64,000 bases of DNA from an uncultured Burkholderiales bacterium (lineage in GTDB: Bacteria; Bacteroidota; Bacteroidia; UBA8524): the NCBI GenBank assembly GCA_964620355.1, contig CAZUIT010000005.1, forward strand, positions 11,507 through 75,506. The letters are read 5' to 3'. The notes under the pieces were generated by a model. That model was not told the origin of the DNA. It saw only the letters and a program-made list of their open reading frames with translations, and made no database searches. A program made the position numbers and the translations under genes. Each line of letters opens with the position of its first letter. Within the stretch, counting starts at the first letter, position 1. Positions 1-11,423 of this stretch are shown here, in pieces.

Positions 1-1
1 A

Positions 2-247
2 CGTGAAGCACAGATTGAGACCTTGAAACTAAAGACTCAAATTGATCCATCATCCATAAAAAGGATAGCTATAAATACCGCCACTCAGGGAGAACTTGAG
101 CGCCACCCTTATATTCGGTATAAAGCCAAGGTAATTGTGCGCTATAGGGAGGAACATGGAGCGTTTAAAAATGTAGAGGATTTGATTAAAACGGGGGTTA
201 TTGATGAGGAGATTGCAAATAAACTGGCCGTTTACCTGCAATTTTAG
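2..247 (+). CDS. Partial CDS (5' end outside window). C-terminal helix-hairpin-helix DNA-binding domain, ComEA-like competence protein.
   Basis: Open frame runs from the window edge to the TAG at 245-247. The translated C-terminus ...INTATQGELERHPYIRYKAKVIVRYREEHGAFKNVEDLIKTGVIDEEIANKLAVYL resembles ComEA HhH tails. Confidence 0.55.
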   Translation, partial: REAQIETLKLKTQIDPSSIKRIAINTATQGELERHPYIRYKAKVIVRYREEHGAFKNVEDLIKTGVIDEEIANKLAVYLQF

Positions 248-466
248 TTGAGCTGCCTTTTCCCTCGGCTCCACTTCGTTTCGCTGATCCTTCGCTTCTC
301 CCGCATAGCCATCGGGATCAGCTACGGCTCACGCGGTCGGAAGGCAAACTTTAGACATTATATTCTCCGCTCCACCCTTCTGCTCTATGCCCTTCTCCGT
401 CCGCCAAAGCTGACGTAGGAAGCGACGGTGGATGCCCTGCGCTCTGAGCCCTATGCCCTTTCCAAA

Positions 467-505
467 GCAAAAAACCCTGATACGCGAACGTACCAGGGTT
501 TCTGT
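467..505. terminator. Bidirectional rho-independent terminator-like hairpin between convergent comEA-like (+) and rplQ (-).
   Basis: An A-run (467-474) is followed by stem ccctg(475-479)/caggg(494-498) and then tttctgt. Confidence 0.5.
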
Positions 506-522
506 ATAGTTGGATTAAAGAC

Positions 523-1101
523 TTAGTCTTTTTTCTCTTCTGTAGTGTCTTCTGCTTTAGCAGCTGGAGTTTCCTCTACTACTTCCGCTTCTGCAACTAC
601 TTCAGTAGCTTTTACTTCTTCTACCACTTCAGCTTCTGCAATAGGGGCATCAGCTTTAGGTTTTGCAGCACCAGATCCACGACGACTTCTACGTGTTTTG
701 GTAGCACCGGCTTTTTTCTCGCCTTTCGCAGCCAACATCAATTCATTGTAGTCTACCAATTCGATGATTGCCATTTCAGCATTGTCACCATAGCGGTTAA
801 CCAATTTCAAGATGCGGGTATAACCACCTGGACGGTTCGCCACTTTCTCAGCTACTTCACCGAATAAAAGGGTCACAGCTTCTTTGTTTGCTAGATAGCT
901 AAATACAGTACGACGGTTATGCGTCGTATTGTCTTTCGCTTTAGTAATCATTGGCTCAATATACTTTCTCAACTCTTTTGCTTTCGCTAAGGTTGTTGTG
1001 ATTCTTTTGTGTAGAATCAAAGAAGAAGCCATATTGGATAGCATCGCTTTTCTGTGTGAAGCGGTTCTTCCGAGGTGATTAAATTTCTTTCCGTGTCTCA
1101 T
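523..1101 (-). CDS. rplQ: 50S ribosomal protein L17 with a long A/E/K/T-rich C-terminal extension.
   Basis: The N-terminus [29 protein letters not shown] is a typical L17 signature. It is the last gene of the alpha operon, after rpoA. Confidence 0.9.
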   Translation of the reverse strand: MRHGKKFNHLGRTASHRKAMLSNMASSLILHKRITTTLAKAKELRKYIEPMITKAKDNTTHNRRTVFSYLANKEAVTLLFGEVAEKVANRPGGYTRILKLVNRYGDNAEMAIIELVDYNELMLAAKGEKKAGATKTRRSRRGSGAAKPKADAPIAEAEVVEEVKATEVVAEAEVVEETPAAKAEDTTEEKKD

Positions 1102-1128
1102 TTCAATAAATTCCTAAATGTAGCCTTC

Positions 1129-2121
1129 TTAATCTTCGTCTAAATTGTACTTAGCGACATCCATTCCGAAGGTCAATCCTTTTTCACGTACCAATTCTTC
1201 TAATTCAGTCAACGATTTTTTACCGAAGTTTCTGAATTTCAAAAGGTCCGCAATATCATAACTTACAAGTTCACCAAGAGTTTTAATCTCAGCAGCTTTC
1301 AAGCAGTTGTATGCACGTACTGATAGATCGAGGTCGGCCAATGAAGTTTTGAGCAATTTGCGCATATGCAACATATTCTCATCTACTTCAGCTGGAGCAG
1401 ACTTCACTTGGTTATCCAAGGTGATCTTCTCATCTGAGAACAACATAAAATGTTGAATCAAGATACGGGCAGCTTCCTTCAAAGCATCTTCTGGATGGAT
1501 TGATCCATCAGTAGCAACTTCTAGGAGAAGTTTCTCGTAATCTGTTTTTTGCTCAACACGGTAGTCCTCTACGTGGTATTTCACATTTTTGATAGGCGTA
1601 TAGATCGAGTCAATTGGAATAACACCAATTACTGAATCTTTAACCTTATTTTCTTCTGCCGGAACGTATCCTCTACCCTTATTGATTGTCAATTCTATTT
1701 CGAAATTAACAAATGGCTCCATGTTACAGATAACCAAATCTGGGTTTAGAACTTCAAAAGCGGCAGTGAAGCGAGAGATATCACCAGCGGTGAATTGTTC
1801 TCTTCCTTTGATGGAAACGAAGATTTTTTCGTTGTCCGCCACATCACCAACTTTCTTGAAACGTACCTGCTTGAGGTTTAGAATAAGCTCAACCACATCT
1901 TCCACTACCCCTTTGATGGTAGAAAACTCATGTTCCACACCAGGAATTTTGATGGAGGTGATGGCATATCCTTCGAGTGAAGAAAGTAAAATTCTTCTAA
2001 GGGCGTTACCAATGGTTACCCCATAACCTTTTTCCAGGGGACGGAATTCAAACTGACCAAAGAAGTCAGTTTCTTTATGCATGATTACCTTATCGGGTTT
2101 CTGAAAAGCAAGTATTGCCAT
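1129..2121 (-). CDS. rpoA: DNA-directed RNA polymerase subunit alpha
   Basis: 330 aa. It has the alpha N-terminal and C-terminal domain motifs (..[17 protein letters not shown].., ..[10 protein letters not shown]..) and lies between rpsD and rplQ. Confidence 0.95.
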   Translation of the reverse strand: MAILAFQKPDKVIMHKETDFFGQFEFRPLEKGYGVTIGNALRRILLSSLEGYAITSIKIPGVEHEFSTIKGVVEDVVELILNLKQVRFKKVGDVADNEKIFVSIKGREQFTAGDISRFTAAFEVLNPDLVICNMEPFVNFEIELTINKGRGYVPAEENKVKDSVIGVIPIDSIYTPIKNVKYHVEDYRVEQKTDYEKLLLEVATDGSIHPEDALKEAARILIQHFMLFSDEKITLDNQVKSAPAEVDENMLHMRKLLKTSLADLDLSVRAYNCLKAAEIKTLGELVSYDIADLLKFRNFGKKSLTELEELVREKGLTFGMDVAKYNLDED

Positions 2122-2145
2122 GGATTAATCGGATTAAGGAGTGGA

Positions 2146-2751
2146 TTATTTAGAGTAGAGTTCGACGATGAGTTGTTCCTTGATGTTCTCAGGGATTTGC
2201 TCACGCTCAGGATATCCTACAAAGGTTCCTTTTAAATCATTTGTATTCCAGTCAAGCCAGTTGAAACGTTTTACACCACGTGAAAGTGAATCAGCGATTA
2301 CTTCCAATGATTTAGACTTTTCACGAATCTCAACAACATCACCTGGACGCAATTCGTAAGAAGGAATATTCACCACATCACCGTTAACGGTAATATGTCT
2401 GTGACTAACCAACTGACGTGCACCATCACGTGTAGGAGCAATTCCTAAACGGAATACGGTATTGTCTAAGCGAGACTCAAGCAAACGGAGTAAGTTTTCA
2501 CCTGTAACTCCAGTTTTACGTGCAGCTTTTTTAAAGGTGTTACGGAATTGTTTTTCCAACACACCATAGGTGTACTTCGCTTTTTGCTTTTCCATCAACT
2601 GAATGGCGTATTCAGATTGTTTCTTTCTCTTACGAGTTTGTCCGTGTTGTCCCGGAGCATAATTCTTCTTATCGAGAGCCTTGTCAGGTCCAAAGATTGG
2701 TTCTTTGAATCTACGCGCAATTTTCGATTTGGGGCCAGTATATCTTGCCAT
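2146..2751 (-). CDS. rpsD: 30S ribosomal protein S4
   Basis: [15 protein letters not shown]..., 201 aa. Confidence 0.95.
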   Translation of the reverse strand: MARYTGPKSKIARRFKEPIFGPDKALDKKNYAPGQHGQTRKRKKQSEYAIQLMEKQKAKYTYGVLEKQFRNTFKKAARKTGVTGENLLRLLESRLDNTVFRLGIAPTRDGARQLVSHRHITVNGDVVNIPSYELRPGDVVEIREKSKSLEVIADSLSRGVKRFNWLDWNTNDLKGTFVGYPEREQIPENIKEQLIVELYSK

Positions 2752-2771
2752 TTCTTCTTATTCTGAAAGCC

Positions 2772-3167
2772 TTAAATTCTTCTTCTTTTAGACGGTCTAC
2801 ATCCATTATGAGGGAGTGGAGTGATATCTTTAATAGACATTACTTCCAATCCAATGGTTTGTAGGTTACGGATTGCAGACTCACGTCCTGATCCTGGTCC
2901 TTTTACAAATACGTCAACTTTTCTTAAGCCTAGATCGTAAGCAACTTTGCCACAATCGTGTGCTGCAGTTTGTGCTGCGTATGGAGTGTTTTTCTTGGAT
3001 CCTCTGAATCCCATTTTACCAGCAGATGACCAGGAGATTACCTGACCTACTTGATTGGTAACGGAGATGATGATATTGTTAAAAGTCGCCTGGATATGTA
3101 CTTGTCCAAGTGCTTCAACATTCACTACTCTTTTTTTGTTTGATTTCTTTGCTGTAGCCATTATCAA
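2772..3167 (-). CDS. rpsK: 30S ribosomal protein S11 (start possibly 3161)
   Basis: ..[17 protein letters not shown].. is an S11 signature. Confidence 0.9.
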   Translation of the reverse strand: MIMATAKKSNKKRVVNVEALGQVHIQATFNNIIISVTNQVGQVISWSSAGKMGFRGSKKNTPYAAQTAAHDCGKVAYDLGLRKVDVFVKGPGSGRESAIRNLQTIGLEVMSIKDITPLPHNGCRPSKRRRI

Positions 3168-3173
3168 TTCAGA

Positions 3174-3551
3174 TTATTTCGTAGCTTTTTTCTTACCTGC
3201 TACAGTTTTTCTCTTTCCTTTACGAGTACGTGCGTTTGTGCTTGTACGTTGACCTCTTACCGGAAGACCTCTTCTATGTCTTAGTCCACGGTAACATCCA
3301 ATATCTAAAAGACGTTTGATGTTAAGTTGAGTTTCTGAACGAAGCTCTCCTTCAACGCGGATGTTTTCCGTGATGAAGTTACGGATGGCTGTTTGCTCAT
3401 CATCGTCCCATTCTTGAACTTTCTTATTGTGGTCGATGCCACAAGCCGTCAAAATGCGTGCAGCATTTGCAGGACCTACACCAAATATATAGGTGAGTCC
3501 GATTACTCCGCGTTTATTTTTCGGTAAATCAATACCAGCAATCCTTGCCAT
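3174..3551 (-). CDS. rpsM: 30S ribosomal protein S13
   Basis: [14 protein letters not shown]... Confidence 0.95.
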   Translation of the reverse strand: MARIAGIDLPKNKRGVIGLTYIFGVGPANAARILTACGIDHNKKVQEWDDDEQTAIRNFITENIRVEGELRSETQLNIKRLLDIGCYRGLRHRRGLPVRGQRTSTNARTRKGKRKTVAGKKKATK

Positions 3552-3560
3552 AATTATCTC

Positions 3561-3677
3561 TTAACCTTGTCTTTGTTTAAATTTAGGATTCTTTTTGTTG
3601 ATCACGTACAACTTGCCATGACGGCGTACGATTTTACAATCAACGGATCTTTTCTTTACAGATGGTCTAACTTTCAT
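3561..3677 (-). CDS. rpmJ: 50S ribosomal protein L36 (38 aa; not in the ORF track because it is under 60 aa)
   Basis: Hand translation of the minus strand gives [38 protein letters not shown]. This matches the canonical L36 position between infA and rpsM. Confidence 0.85.
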   Translation of the reverse strand: MKVRPSVKKRSVDCKIVRRHGKLYVINKKNPKFKQRQG

Positions 3678-3686
3678 CGCCTTGCC

Positions 3687-3905
3687 TTATTTATATCGGT
3701 ATGTAATCCTACCCCTAGTCAAATCGTATGGTGACATTTCCACAGCTACTCTATCTCCTGGTAGGATCTTTATATAGTGCATTCTCATCTTTCCAGAAAT
3801 CGTTGCTATGATTTCATGTCCGTTCTCAAGTACTACTCGGAACATGGCATTCGAAAGCGCCTCTGTAATCGTACCGTCTTGTTTAATGCTGGGTTGTTTT
3901 GCCAC
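3687..3905 (-). CDS. infA: Translation initiation factor IF-1
   Basis: 72 aa, S1-like; ..[25 protein letters not shown]... Confidence 0.95.
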   Translation of the reverse strand: MAKQPSIKQDGTITEALSNAMFRVVLENGHEIIATISGKMRMHYIKILPGDRVAVEMSPYDLTRGRITYRYK

Positions 3906-3963
3906 TCGTTGTCGTATTGATTTTGGGGATGCGAAATTACTATTTTAGTTTATTATTAACAAA

Positions 3964-5343
3964 TTATATTGCAGCTCCTGATCCAGCAGGAACTCTTCCT
4001 TTAATTTTAGCGCCTCCTTGAAGCAGTCCATCATACTGTCTCATCAACAGGTGACTTTCAATTTGCTGCAAAGTATCCAATACCACCCCAACCATGATAA
4101 GCAATGAGGTACCTCCATAGAACTGTGCAAATTCATTATTAATACTGAATAGCATAGCGATAGAAGGAACAATTGCTACCAATGCCAGGAAGAATGATCC
4201 AGGAAGGGTAATACGTGATAAGATATTATCAATGAACTCAGCCGTTTGTTTTCCAGGTTTTACACCCGGTACAAATCCGCCATTTCTTTTTAGTTCTTCA
4301 GCAATCTGGTTTGGCGAATAGGTAATCGCCGTATAGAAATAGGTGAAGAGGATAATCAGAATAGCAGTCGTTAGCGTATAGGCTAATGAAGTTGGGTTCA
4401 TGAAGCTCTGCACAATTCCTGCAGCCGTCGTACTCGTCTCCGGAAGAAATTGACCGATTGTTCCAGGAATAAAAAGCAACGCTTGAGCAAAGATGATCGG
4501 CATTACACCGGCCGCATTTACTTTCATTGGCAAATAGCTTCTTGCTCCACTTGTCATGCGGTTTCCAACCACGCGTTTTGCGTATTGTACAGGAATCTTA
4601 CGTGTTCCTTGGACCAGAGCAATAACGGCGAGAATAACAGCAAGCCAGGCTACAATTTCCAAAAGGAAAACAACCAAACCACCCCCTGCATCACCTAAAC
4701 GGTAATCAAATTCAGCGGCAAGTCCGTAAGGCAAGCGTGCAACAATCCCCACCATGATGATGAGCGATATACCGTTACCCAATCCCTTATCTGTAATCCG
4801 TTCGCCCAGCCACATGGTAAACATGGTACCAGCAATCAATATCACTACTGCACTAGCCACAAAACCAAAACCATCGTCGATGATAGCAGCTCCAGACTCG
4901 TTACGTAGGTTAATGATATACCCGATTCCTTGAACCAGAGTGATTAAAATGGTCAATACCCGCGTGATTTGATTCATCTTGCGGCGACCATCTTCTCCCT
5001 CTTTTTGCATCTTTTGGAAGGCAGGTACAGCCACCGTTAATAATTGAATAACGATAGATGCAGAAATATAAGGCATGATACCAAGTGCAAAGATGGAAGC
5101 CCTAGAGAAGGCTCCACCCGCAAACATGTTAATCAAACCAAAGATTCCCTGGCTTCCTTGACTTTGAAGTTGCTCCAGCATATTCGGATCAATGCCTGGG
5201 AGTACCACGAAGGTTCCCAAGCGGTAGATTAGAAGTAACATCATCGTATTTACAATACGTGTTCTGAGATCTTCAATCTTCCAGATATTGCTAAGGGTTT
5301 GGATGAATTTTTTCATTTTAGATGGTTTCGGCGGTTCCTCCAA
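3964..5343 (-). CDS. secY: Preprotein translocase subunit SecY (true start more likely MKKFIQ at 5316)
   Basis: Polytopic membrane protein that follows rplO in the spc operon. Confidence 0.9.
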   Translation of the reverse strand: MEEPPKPSKMKKFIQTLSNIWKIEDLRTRIVNTMMLLLIYRLGTFVVLPGIDPNMLEQLQSQGSQGIFGLINMFAGGAFSRASIFALGIMPYISASIVIQLLTVAVPAFQKMQKEGEDGRRKMNQITRVLTILITLVQGIGYIINLRNESGAAIIDDGFGFVASAVVILIAGTMFTMWLGERITDKGLGNGISLIIMVGIVARLPYGLAAEFDYRLGDAGGGLVVFLLEIVAWLAVILAVIALVQGTRKIPVQYAKRVVGNRMTSGARSYLPMKVNAAGVMPIIFAQALLFIPGTIGQFLPETSTTAAGIVQSFMNPTSLAYTLTTAILIILFTYFYTAITYSPNQIAEELKRNGGFVPGVKPGKQTAEFIDNILSRITLPGSFFLALVAIVPSIAMLFSINNEFAQFYGGTSLLIMVGVVLDTLQQIESHLLMRQYDGLLQGGAKIKGRVPAGSGAAI

Positions 5344-5764
5344 CCTTCTCTATCGCTTCTTTTGCAGTAGCGGTGAAAGCGTGAACCTTGATGTTTACTT
5401 TGGATTTCAATTCACCGCGACCAAGAATCTTCACTTTGTCCGATTTTTTGATCACTTTGTTTGCATGCAATGTTGCGATATCGACAGTTTCCATTTTGTA
5501 GGTATCGATAAGCTCTTGCAATTTGTCCAAGTTAATTCCGATATATTCCACACGGAAAGGATTTTTAAATCCTCCTTTAGGAACACGACGTTGAAGTGGC
5601 ATTTGACCTCCTTCAAAACCTGCCTTTACAGAATATCCAGATCTAGATTGAGCTCCTTTATGTCCACGGGTGGATGTACCACCACGACCAGAACCTTGGC
5701 CACGACCAACTCTTTTATTATTTTTAATTGAACCTTTTGCAGGTTTCAGATTACTCAGATTCAT
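5318..5764 (-). CDS. rplO: 50S ribosomal protein L15
   Basis: MNLSNLKPAKGS..GRGQGSGRGGTS.. Confidence 0.9.
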   Translation of the reverse strand: MNLSNLKPAKGSIKNNKRVGRGQGSGRGGTSTRGHKGAQSRSGYSVKAGFEGGQMPLQRRVPKGGFKNPFRVEYIGINLDKLQELIDTYKMETVDIATLHANKVIKKSDKVKILGRGELKSKVNIKVHAFTATAKEAIEKVGGTAETI

Positions 5765-5767
5765 ACC

Positions 5768-5959
5768 TTAGATATTTTCAACTTTAACCAGGTGATTCAC
5801 TTTATTGATCATACCTAAAATTTGAGGAGTGGCTTCATGCTCCACTGTATGATTCATTTTTTTCAAGCCTAATGCTTCCATTGTTGCCTTTTGTCTTACA
5901 GACCGGTCAATGGTGCTTTTTACCTGTGTTACTCTAACTTTCGCCATCACCTTATCCAT
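5768..5959 (-). CDS. rpmD: 50S ribosomal protein L30 (start possibly the internal MAKVRV)
   Basis: ..[18 protein letters not shown]..; sits between rpsE and rplO. Confidence 0.85.
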   Translation of the reverse strand: MDKVMAKVRVTQVKSTIDRSVRQKATMEALGLKKMNHTVEHEATPQILGMINKVNHLVKVENI

Positions 5960-6470
5960 TAAAAACTTTGCTCAACTTCACTCCTCTATGTTCCGCAACG
6001 GTCCAAGCATCACGCATGCTCACAAGAGCGTCGATGGTTGCTTTTACCACGTTATGTGGATTAGACGAGCCTTTAGATTTTGCCAATACGTCGTGTACAC
6101 CTGCTGATTCAAGAACCGCACGCATCGCACCACCGGCAATTACACCGGTACCATGAGAAGCTGGTTTCAAGAACACACGGCCACCACCGTATTTACCGTA
6201 TTGTTCGTGAGGAACAGTACCGTTGATAATTGGCACTTTAATGAGGTTCTTCTTCGCATCTTCAATTCCTTTTTGAATTGCATCGATTACTTCTCCGGCT
6301 TTGCCCAATCCATAACCAACGATGCCATTACCATCTCCTACCACTACAATAGCGGAGAAGCTGAAGGTACGACCTCCTTTGGTAACCTTCGCTACCCGTT
6401 GTATACCTACCACGCGCTCTTTGAGCTCGAGGTCGCTTTGTTTTACTCTTTTTACGTTTGCAGTTGCCAT
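5952..6470 (-). CDS. rpsE: 30S ribosomal protein S5
   Basis: ..[30 protein letters not shown].. Confidence 0.95.
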   Translation of the reverse strand: MATANVKRVKQSDLELKERVVGIQRVAKVTKGGRTFSFSAIVVVGDGNGIVGYGLGKAGEVIDAIQKGIEDAKKNLIKVPIINGTVPHEQYGKYGGGRVFLKPASHGTGVIAGGAMRAVLESAGVHDVLAKSKGSSNPHNVVKATIDALVSMRDAWTVAEHRGVKLSKVFNG

Positions 6471-6480
6471 TGTAATTCGC

Positions 6481-6837
6481 TTAGAAAGTTAATCCTCCAT
6501 CTCTTGCACCTTCGGCAAGTTGTTTAACACGTCCGTGATACAAGTAACCATTACGGTCGAAAACCACTTTGGTAATTCCAGCTTGGGTTGCTTTCGCCGC
6601 AAGCTCTTGTCCCACTTTGAAGGACTTATCAACTTTGGTTCCGTCTGCTTTATCGATTGCTTCGATGCGGCTATTTGCGGCTACCAGGGTACGACCACTT
6701 AGGTCATCTATCAGCTGGGCATAAATTTGCTTGTTGCTGCGGAATACGCTCAAGCGTGGGCAAGTAGCGGTACCACTAACCTTACCTCTAACTCTTGCCT
6801 TGATCTTTTTTCTTTTAAATGTTTTATTTCTAATCAT
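6481..6837 (-). CDS. rplR: 50S ribosomal protein L18
   Basis: ..[18 protein letters not shown].. Confidence 0.9.
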   Translation of the reverse strand: MIRNKTFKRKKIKARVRGKVSGTATCPRLSVFRSNKQIYAQLIDDLSGRTLVAANSRIEAIDKADGTKVDKSFKVGQELAAKATQAGITKVVFDRNGYLYHGRVKQLAEGARDGGLTF

Positions 6838-6844
6838 GGCCTAA

Positions 6845-7402
6845 TTACTTTTTACCAGCAGATTTACCCGCTTTTCTTCTAATTACTTCTCCTACGAAAC
6901 GAATACCTTTTCCTTTGTATGGCTCAGGTTTTCTGAGTGATCTAATTTTCGCCGCTACTTGGCCGATCAACTGTTTGTCGATACTTTCCAAAACGATTAA
7001 TGGATTTTTACCTTTGACAGTTTCTGTAGTAACAGATACTTCTTTAGGAATTTCCATCAAAATACCGTGTGAGAAACCTAAGCTTAGATCAAGAATTTGA
7101 CCTTGGTTGGTGGCTTTGAAACCTACCCCTACCAATTCTTGTTGAGTTTTGTATCCATTGGCTACCCCTTCAATCATATTATTGATGAGTGAACGATACA
7201 GTCCGTGCATGGCTTTATGACGTTTCTGTTCGGTTGGGCGAACCAAGGTTAAAATACCTTCTTCGATAGTTAATGTAAGATCACTATCCACTTTTTGTGA
7301 AAGCGTACCTTTAGGACCTTTTACGGTCACGAGATTATTCTCGTCAATGTTTATTTCTACCCCAGCTGGGATATTAATCGGGTTTTTTCCTATTCTAGAC
7401 AT
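6845..7402 (-). CDS. rplF: 50S ribosomal protein L6
   Basis: MSRIGKNPINIPAGVE.. Confidence 0.95.
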   Translation of the reverse strand: MSRIGKNPINIPAGVEINIDENNLVTVKGPKGTLSQKVDSDLTLTIEEGILTLVRPTEQKRHKAMHGLYRSLINNMIEGVANGYKTQQELVGVGFKATNQGQILDLSLGFSHGILMEIPKEVSVTTETVKGKNPLIVLESIDKQLIGQVAAKIRSLRKPEPYKGKGIRFVGEVIRRKAGKSAGKK

Positions 7403-7420
7403 TCTTCTTCCTCCTATCGA

Positions 7421-7816
7421 TTAATAAACATAGCATAAAACTTCTCCGCCTACGTTCATCTGACGTGCTTCTTTATCGCTCATCACCCCTTTTGAGGTAG
7501 ATACAATAGCGATACCCATTCCATTGATTACGCGTGGTAGCGTATCGGAACCGGAATACTGACGTAGTCCTGGACGAGAAACTCTTTTTAGAGAACGAAT
7601 TGCCGGAGTTTTTGAAACCGGGTGATATTTCAAGGCGATTTTAATCACACCTTGTGGGCCTTCTTCAGCGAATTTGTAGCTGAGGATATAGCCTTTTTCG
7701 AAAAGCACCTTCGTCATAGCCTTCTTCAAGTTAGAAGCAGGAATTTCAACGATACGGTGATTCGCTTTGATCGCATTTCTCAATCGTGTGAGAAAGTCTG
7801 CAATTGGATCAGTCAT
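7421..7816 (-). CDS. rpsH: 30S ribosomal protein S8
   Basis: [15 protein letters not shown].. Confidence 0.95.
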   Translation of the reverse strand: MTDPIADFLTRLRNAIKANHRIVEIPASNLKKAMTKVLFEKGYILSYKFAEEGPQGVIKIALKYHPVSKTPAIRSLKRVSRPGLRQYSGSDTLPRVINGMGIAIVSTSKGVMSDKEARQMNVGGEVLCYVY

Positions 7817-7867
7817 TTGTCTTTTTCTTTTAAATAATGTTTTTACTTCAAATCGATATCCAACAGA

Positions 7868-8137
7868 TTACCAGCTTGCTTTGGTTACTCCCGGGATTTT
7901 TCCATCGAGAGCCATCTGTCTGAACATATTACGGCAAACACCAAACTGACGGATATATCCGCGTGGTTTTCCTGTAATTTTACATCTGTTTCTTAATCTA
8001 ACTGGAGATGCATTTCTTGGCAACTTTTGAAGACCATCATAGTCTCCATCCGCTTTCATTTGTGCTCTCTTGTCAGCGAAATGGGCAACGAGTTTTTCTC
8101 TCTTACGTTGCCTTGCTTTCATTGATTCTTTAGCCAT
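7868..8137 (-). CDS. rpsN: 30S ribosomal protein S14
   Basis: [16 protein letters not shown].. Confidence 0.9.
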   Translation of the reverse strand: MAKESMKARQRKREKLVAHFADKRAQMKADGDYDGLQKLPRNASPVRLRNRCKITGKPRGYIRQFGVCRNMFRQMALDGKIPGVTKASW

Positions 8138-8139
8138 GC

Positions 8140-8697
8140 TTATTTGTTATCTTGGTTTTGAAACGGCATTCCAAACAATTTGAGAAGCTCAAGGCACTCA
8201 ACGTCATTTTTGGCCGAAGTCACAAAAGTAATATCCATACCGGTAATACGTGGCGTTTTATCGATGTTTATCTCAGGAAAAATAATTTGTTCCGTAACAC
8301 CCATGGTATAATTACCACGTCCGTCGAAACCTTTTACTTTCAATCCTTGGAAGTCACGAACACGTGGCAAGGAAGTAGAGATTAAACGATCTAAAAATTC
8401 ATACATACGTTCAGCACGAAGAGTCACTCTTGAACCGATTGGCATGTCTTCACGTAATTTGAAGTTAGAAATCGCTAGTCGAGATTTAGTAGGGACAGCT
8501 TTTTGTCCAGCAATCATGGTCATTTCTGACACAGCATTGTCTACCAACTTCTTATCTGCGGTTGCTGCTCCAACACCTTGATTTAAACAAATCTTAGTGA
8601 TTTTTGGAACTTCCATTACATTCTTGTAATTGAATTTTTCCATCATCGCTTGTTTGATGGAAGTTTCATATTGTTCTCTTAATCTTGGTGCGATCAT
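8140..8697 (-). CDS. rplE: 50S ribosomal protein L5
   Basis: ..[28 protein letters not shown].. Confidence 0.95.
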   Translation of the reverse strand: MIAPRLREQYETSIKQAMMEKFNYKNVMEVPKITKICLNQGVGAATADKKLVDNAVSEMTMIAGQKAVPTKSRLAISNFKLREDMPIGSRVTLRAERMYEFLDRLISTSLPRVRDFQGLKVKGFDGRGNYTMGVTEQIIFPEINIDKTPRITGMDITFVTSAKNDVECLELLKLFGMPFQNQDNK

Positions 8698-9005
8698 TTG
8701 ATTACCTCCCCTGATTTTTTAGAAACACGAGCCAATTTTCCTTCAACACGGTCACGTTTGATGCGGGTAGGATTTCCTTTTCCGTCAACCAACATGAGGT
8801 TTGAGATATGAATTGGTGCTTCTTTTTCGATAATTCCACCATTTGGGTTTTGAGCATTTGGTTTGGTATGGCGTTTTACCAAATTCAAACCTTCAACTTT
8901 TGCTCTTTGTTCTTTTGGGCTAACCGATAATACGCGTCCCTCTTTGCCTTTGGATTCTCCAGCAATGACTTTCACTTTATCGCCCTTTTTTATATTCAGC
9001 TTCAC
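8694..9005 (-). CDS. rplX: 50S ribosomal protein L24
   Basis: [22 protein letters not shown].., with a KOW motif. Confidence 0.9.
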   Translation of the reverse strand: MKLNIKKGDKVKVIAGESKGKEGRVLSVSPKEQRAKVEGLNLVKRHTKPNAQNPNGGIIEKEAPIHISNLMLVDGKGNPTRIKRDRVEGKLARVSKKSGEVIK

Positions 9006-9029
9006 CTCTTTTTTCTTTATCGTCTATGA

Positions 9030-9398
9030 TTACAATACTTCGGGAGCCAATGAAACAATCTTCATAAATTGTCTTTCACGCAACTCTCTAGCCACAGGGC
9101 CAAAAATACGTGTTGCTCTTGGCTCGTCGTTTGCGTTCAACAAAACACAGGAGTTGTCATCGAAACGGATATAAGATCCATCTTGTCTTCTCACTTCTTT
9201 TTTTGTGCGCACTACTACGGCTTTCGCTACGGTTCCTTTTTTAATACCTCCTGAAGGCATCGCGTCTTTTACAGTCACGACGATTTTATCTCCGAGAGAA
9301 GCATAACGCTTACCAGAACCTCCGAGAACACGAATGCAAAGAACTTCCTTTGCTCCGCTGTTATCAGCTACTCTGAGTCTTGATTCTTGCTGTACCAT
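9030..9398 (-). CDS. rplN: 50S ribosomal protein L14
   Basis: [19 protein letters not shown].. Confidence 0.95.
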   Translation of the reverse strand: MVQQESRLRVADNSGAKEVLCIRVLGGSGKRYASLGDKIVVTVKDAMPSGGIKKGTVAKAVVVRTKKEVRRQDGSYIRFDDNSCVLLNANDEPRATRIFGPVARELRERQFMKIVSLAPEVL

Positions 9399-9409
9399 CG
9401 TTCTCTATC

Positions 9410-9664
9410 TTATTTAGCTCTTTCAATAATTTCAACAAGTCTCCATCTTTTGCTTTTGCTCAAAGGACGGGTTTCCATCAACTTCACTACGTCGTTGATA
9501 TTGCACTCGTTCTTCTCGTCATGAGCATAGAACTTGGAGGTCTTCTTTACGAATTTCGGATACTTTGGATGCTTCATTTTGCGCTCCACGGTCACAATAA
9601 TGGATTTGTCCATCTTATTGCTAACCACCTTTCCGACGATCTCTTTTCTTACGTTTCTTTCCAT
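9410..9664 (-). CDS. rpsQ: 30S ribosomal protein S17 (the ORF extends to 9697; the internal MERNVRKE start avoids overlap with rpmC)
   Basis: ..[23 protein letters not shown].. is an S17 signature. Confidence 0.85.
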   Translation of the reverse strand: MERNVRKEIVGKVVSNKMDKSIIVTVERKMKHPKYPKFVKKTSKFYAHDEKNECNINDVVKLMETRPLSKSKRWRLVEIIERAK

Positions 9665-9677
9665 GTTAGTCTGTATC

Positions 9678-9869
9678 TCAGCCATTCTTCCTCGCATTTA
9701 ATTCCGTGAGGTAGCGCGCGATAACTCTACGAGACGCTTTTAACGTCATTGGGTTTTCCAGTGGCGACACCGCATGGTTGAATTTCATTTTAGTATAGAG
9801 AGTTCTTTCCTCTCTGAGCTTGGCAACGATTTCCTCCGTGGTCAAGTCTTTTATTTCTTGGAATTTCAT
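9678..9869 (-). CDS. rpmC: 50S ribosomal protein L29
   Basis: [22 protein letters not shown].. Confidence 0.85.
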   Translation of the reverse strand: MKFQEIKDLTTEEIVAKLREERTLYTKMKFNHAVSPLENPMTLKASRRVIARYLTELNARKNG

Positions 9870-9873
9870 ATTC

Positions 9874-10296
9874 TTACTCTCCTACGTAATCGTGTTTTAC
9901 AACAAACCGTGTAGCTACTGGAAGTTTTTGTGCAGCTAAGCGTAATGCTTCTTTTGCAATTTCCATTGGTACACCTTCCGCCTCGAACATGATGGTTCCT
10001 GGTTTAATACAAGCAACCCAATATTCTGGAGCACCTTTACCTTTACCCATCCGCACTTCTGCAGGCTTCTTCGTAATTGGTTTGTCCGGGAAAATCCGAA
10101 TCCAAACTTTACCTTCTCTCTTCATATAACGGGTCAGTGCAATACGCGCTGCCTCGATCTGGCGAGAGGTTATAAAACTGGGCTCCAGTGACTTTAGTCC
10201 GAATGTACCAAAGCTGATCTGGTGTCCTCTGGTTGCAACGCCTTTGATTCTACCTTTTTGCTGCTTCCTGAATTTTGTTCTTTTAGGCTGTAACAT
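9874..10296 (-). CDS. rplP: 50S ribosomal protein L16
   Basis: [16 protein letters not shown].. Confidence 0.95.
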   Translation of the reverse strand: MLQPKRTKFRKQQKGRIKGVATRGHQISFGTFGLKSLEPSFITSRQIEAARIALTRYMKREGKVWIRIFPDKPITKKPAEVRMGKGKGAPEYWVACIKPGTIMFEAEGVPMEIAKEALRLAAQKLPVATRFVVKHDYVGE

Positions 10297-10310
10297 CGCT
10301 CAACAATTAC

Positions 10311-11045
10311 TTATTTATCGTTTCTTCTCTTTCTTCTTCTACCTCCGCGATCTGCAGCTCCGCCGCCACCACGAGGTCCTCTTTCTTCCTTCACACCGAA
10401 GTTAGGAGACAAGTCTCTCTTGCCATATATTTCACCTTTACAGATCCATACTTTCACTCCGATTTTACCGTATACCGTTAAAGCTTCAACGATGGAATAA
10501 TCGATATCAGAACGCAGGGTATGCAATGGAGTTCTTCCTTCCTTATAGGTTTCAGAACGTGCCATCTCAGCTCCATTCAAACGTCCAGAAATCTGGATTT
10601 TGATACCGGCAGCTCCCATTCTCATGGTTGCAGCGATAGATTGTTTGATTGCACGTTTATAAGAAACACGCGCTTCTAATTGGTTGGCGATAGACTCCCC
10701 TACCAAACGCGCATCTAATTCTGGTCTTTTGATTTCAAAGATGTTGATCTGAACTTCCTTTTTCGTCAGTTTCTTGATCTCTTCTTTAATTTTATCTACT
10801 TCAGATCCTTGCTTACCGATAACGATACCTGGACGTGATGTATGAATGGTAAGGATAATCCTTTTAAGAGTACGTTCGATCACGATACGCGCTACACCTC
10901 CCTTAGGGATACGTGCATTGATGTATCTTCTGATTCTATCGTCTTCCACCAGTTTCTCAGCGAAATTCTTGCCGCCGTACCAGTTGGAATCCCAACCTCT
11001 GATGATACCAAGCCTAAAGCCAATCGGATTTACTTTCTGTCCCAT
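10311..11045 (-). CDS. rpsC: 30S ribosomal protein S3 with a Gly/Arg-rich tail
   Basis: [14 protein letters not shown].., KH domain. Confidence 0.95.
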   Translation of the reverse strand: MGQKVNPIGFRLGIIRGWDSNWYGGKNFAEKLVEDDRIRRYINARIPKGGVARIVIERTLKRIILTIHTSRPGIVIGKQGSEVDKIKEEIKKLTKKEVQINIFEIKRPELDARLVGESIANQLEARVSYKRAIKQSIAATMRMGAAGIKIQISGRLNGAEMARSETYKEGRTPLHTLRSDIDYSIVEALTVYGKIGVKVWICKGEIYGKRDLSPNFGVKEERGPRGGGGAADRGGRRRKRRNDK

Positions 11046-11046
11046 A

Positions 11047-11412
11047 TTATTCGTTATTCGCAGCTGCTGCTTTGCTATCTACTACAATCGTTACGTGGTT
11101 GGATCTTTTGCGGACCCTATGTGCTCTACCTTGAGGAGCTGGGCTGATTCTTTTCAGCATACGCCCTCCGTCAACAAAAACTGTTTTTACAAACAATTCG
11201 TTTTCTTCTGCTCTCAAGCCTTCATTCTTTTGTTCCCAATTGGCAATTGCAGAACGAAGGAGTTTCTCAACGTATCCAGCATACATTTGTTTCTGGCTAA
11301 ATTTGAGCATACTCATGGCTACATCTACCCTCTTGCCTCTGATTTGATCTGCCACCAAACGCATTTTACGCGGCGACAAAGGGCAATTATTCAGTTTAGC
11401 TACTGCTTCCAT
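11047..11412 (-). CDS. rplV: 50S ribosomal protein L22
   Basis: ..[16 protein letters not shown].. Confidence 0.9.
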   Translation of the reverse strand: MEAVAKLNNCPLSPRKMRLVADQIRGKRVDVAMSMLKFSQKQMYAGYVEKLLRSAIANWEQKNEGLRAEENELFVKTVFVDGGRMLKRISPAPQGRAHRVRKRSNHVTIVVDSKAAAANNE

Positions 11413-11423
11413 TTCTTATCTTA

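Noticed and set aside
545-751. 68-aa plus-strand ORF rich in Ser/Ala/Thr, inside rplQ
   Set aside because: It is antisense to the low-complexity tail of L17. The repetitive GC-skewed coding sequence generates open frames on the opposite strand.
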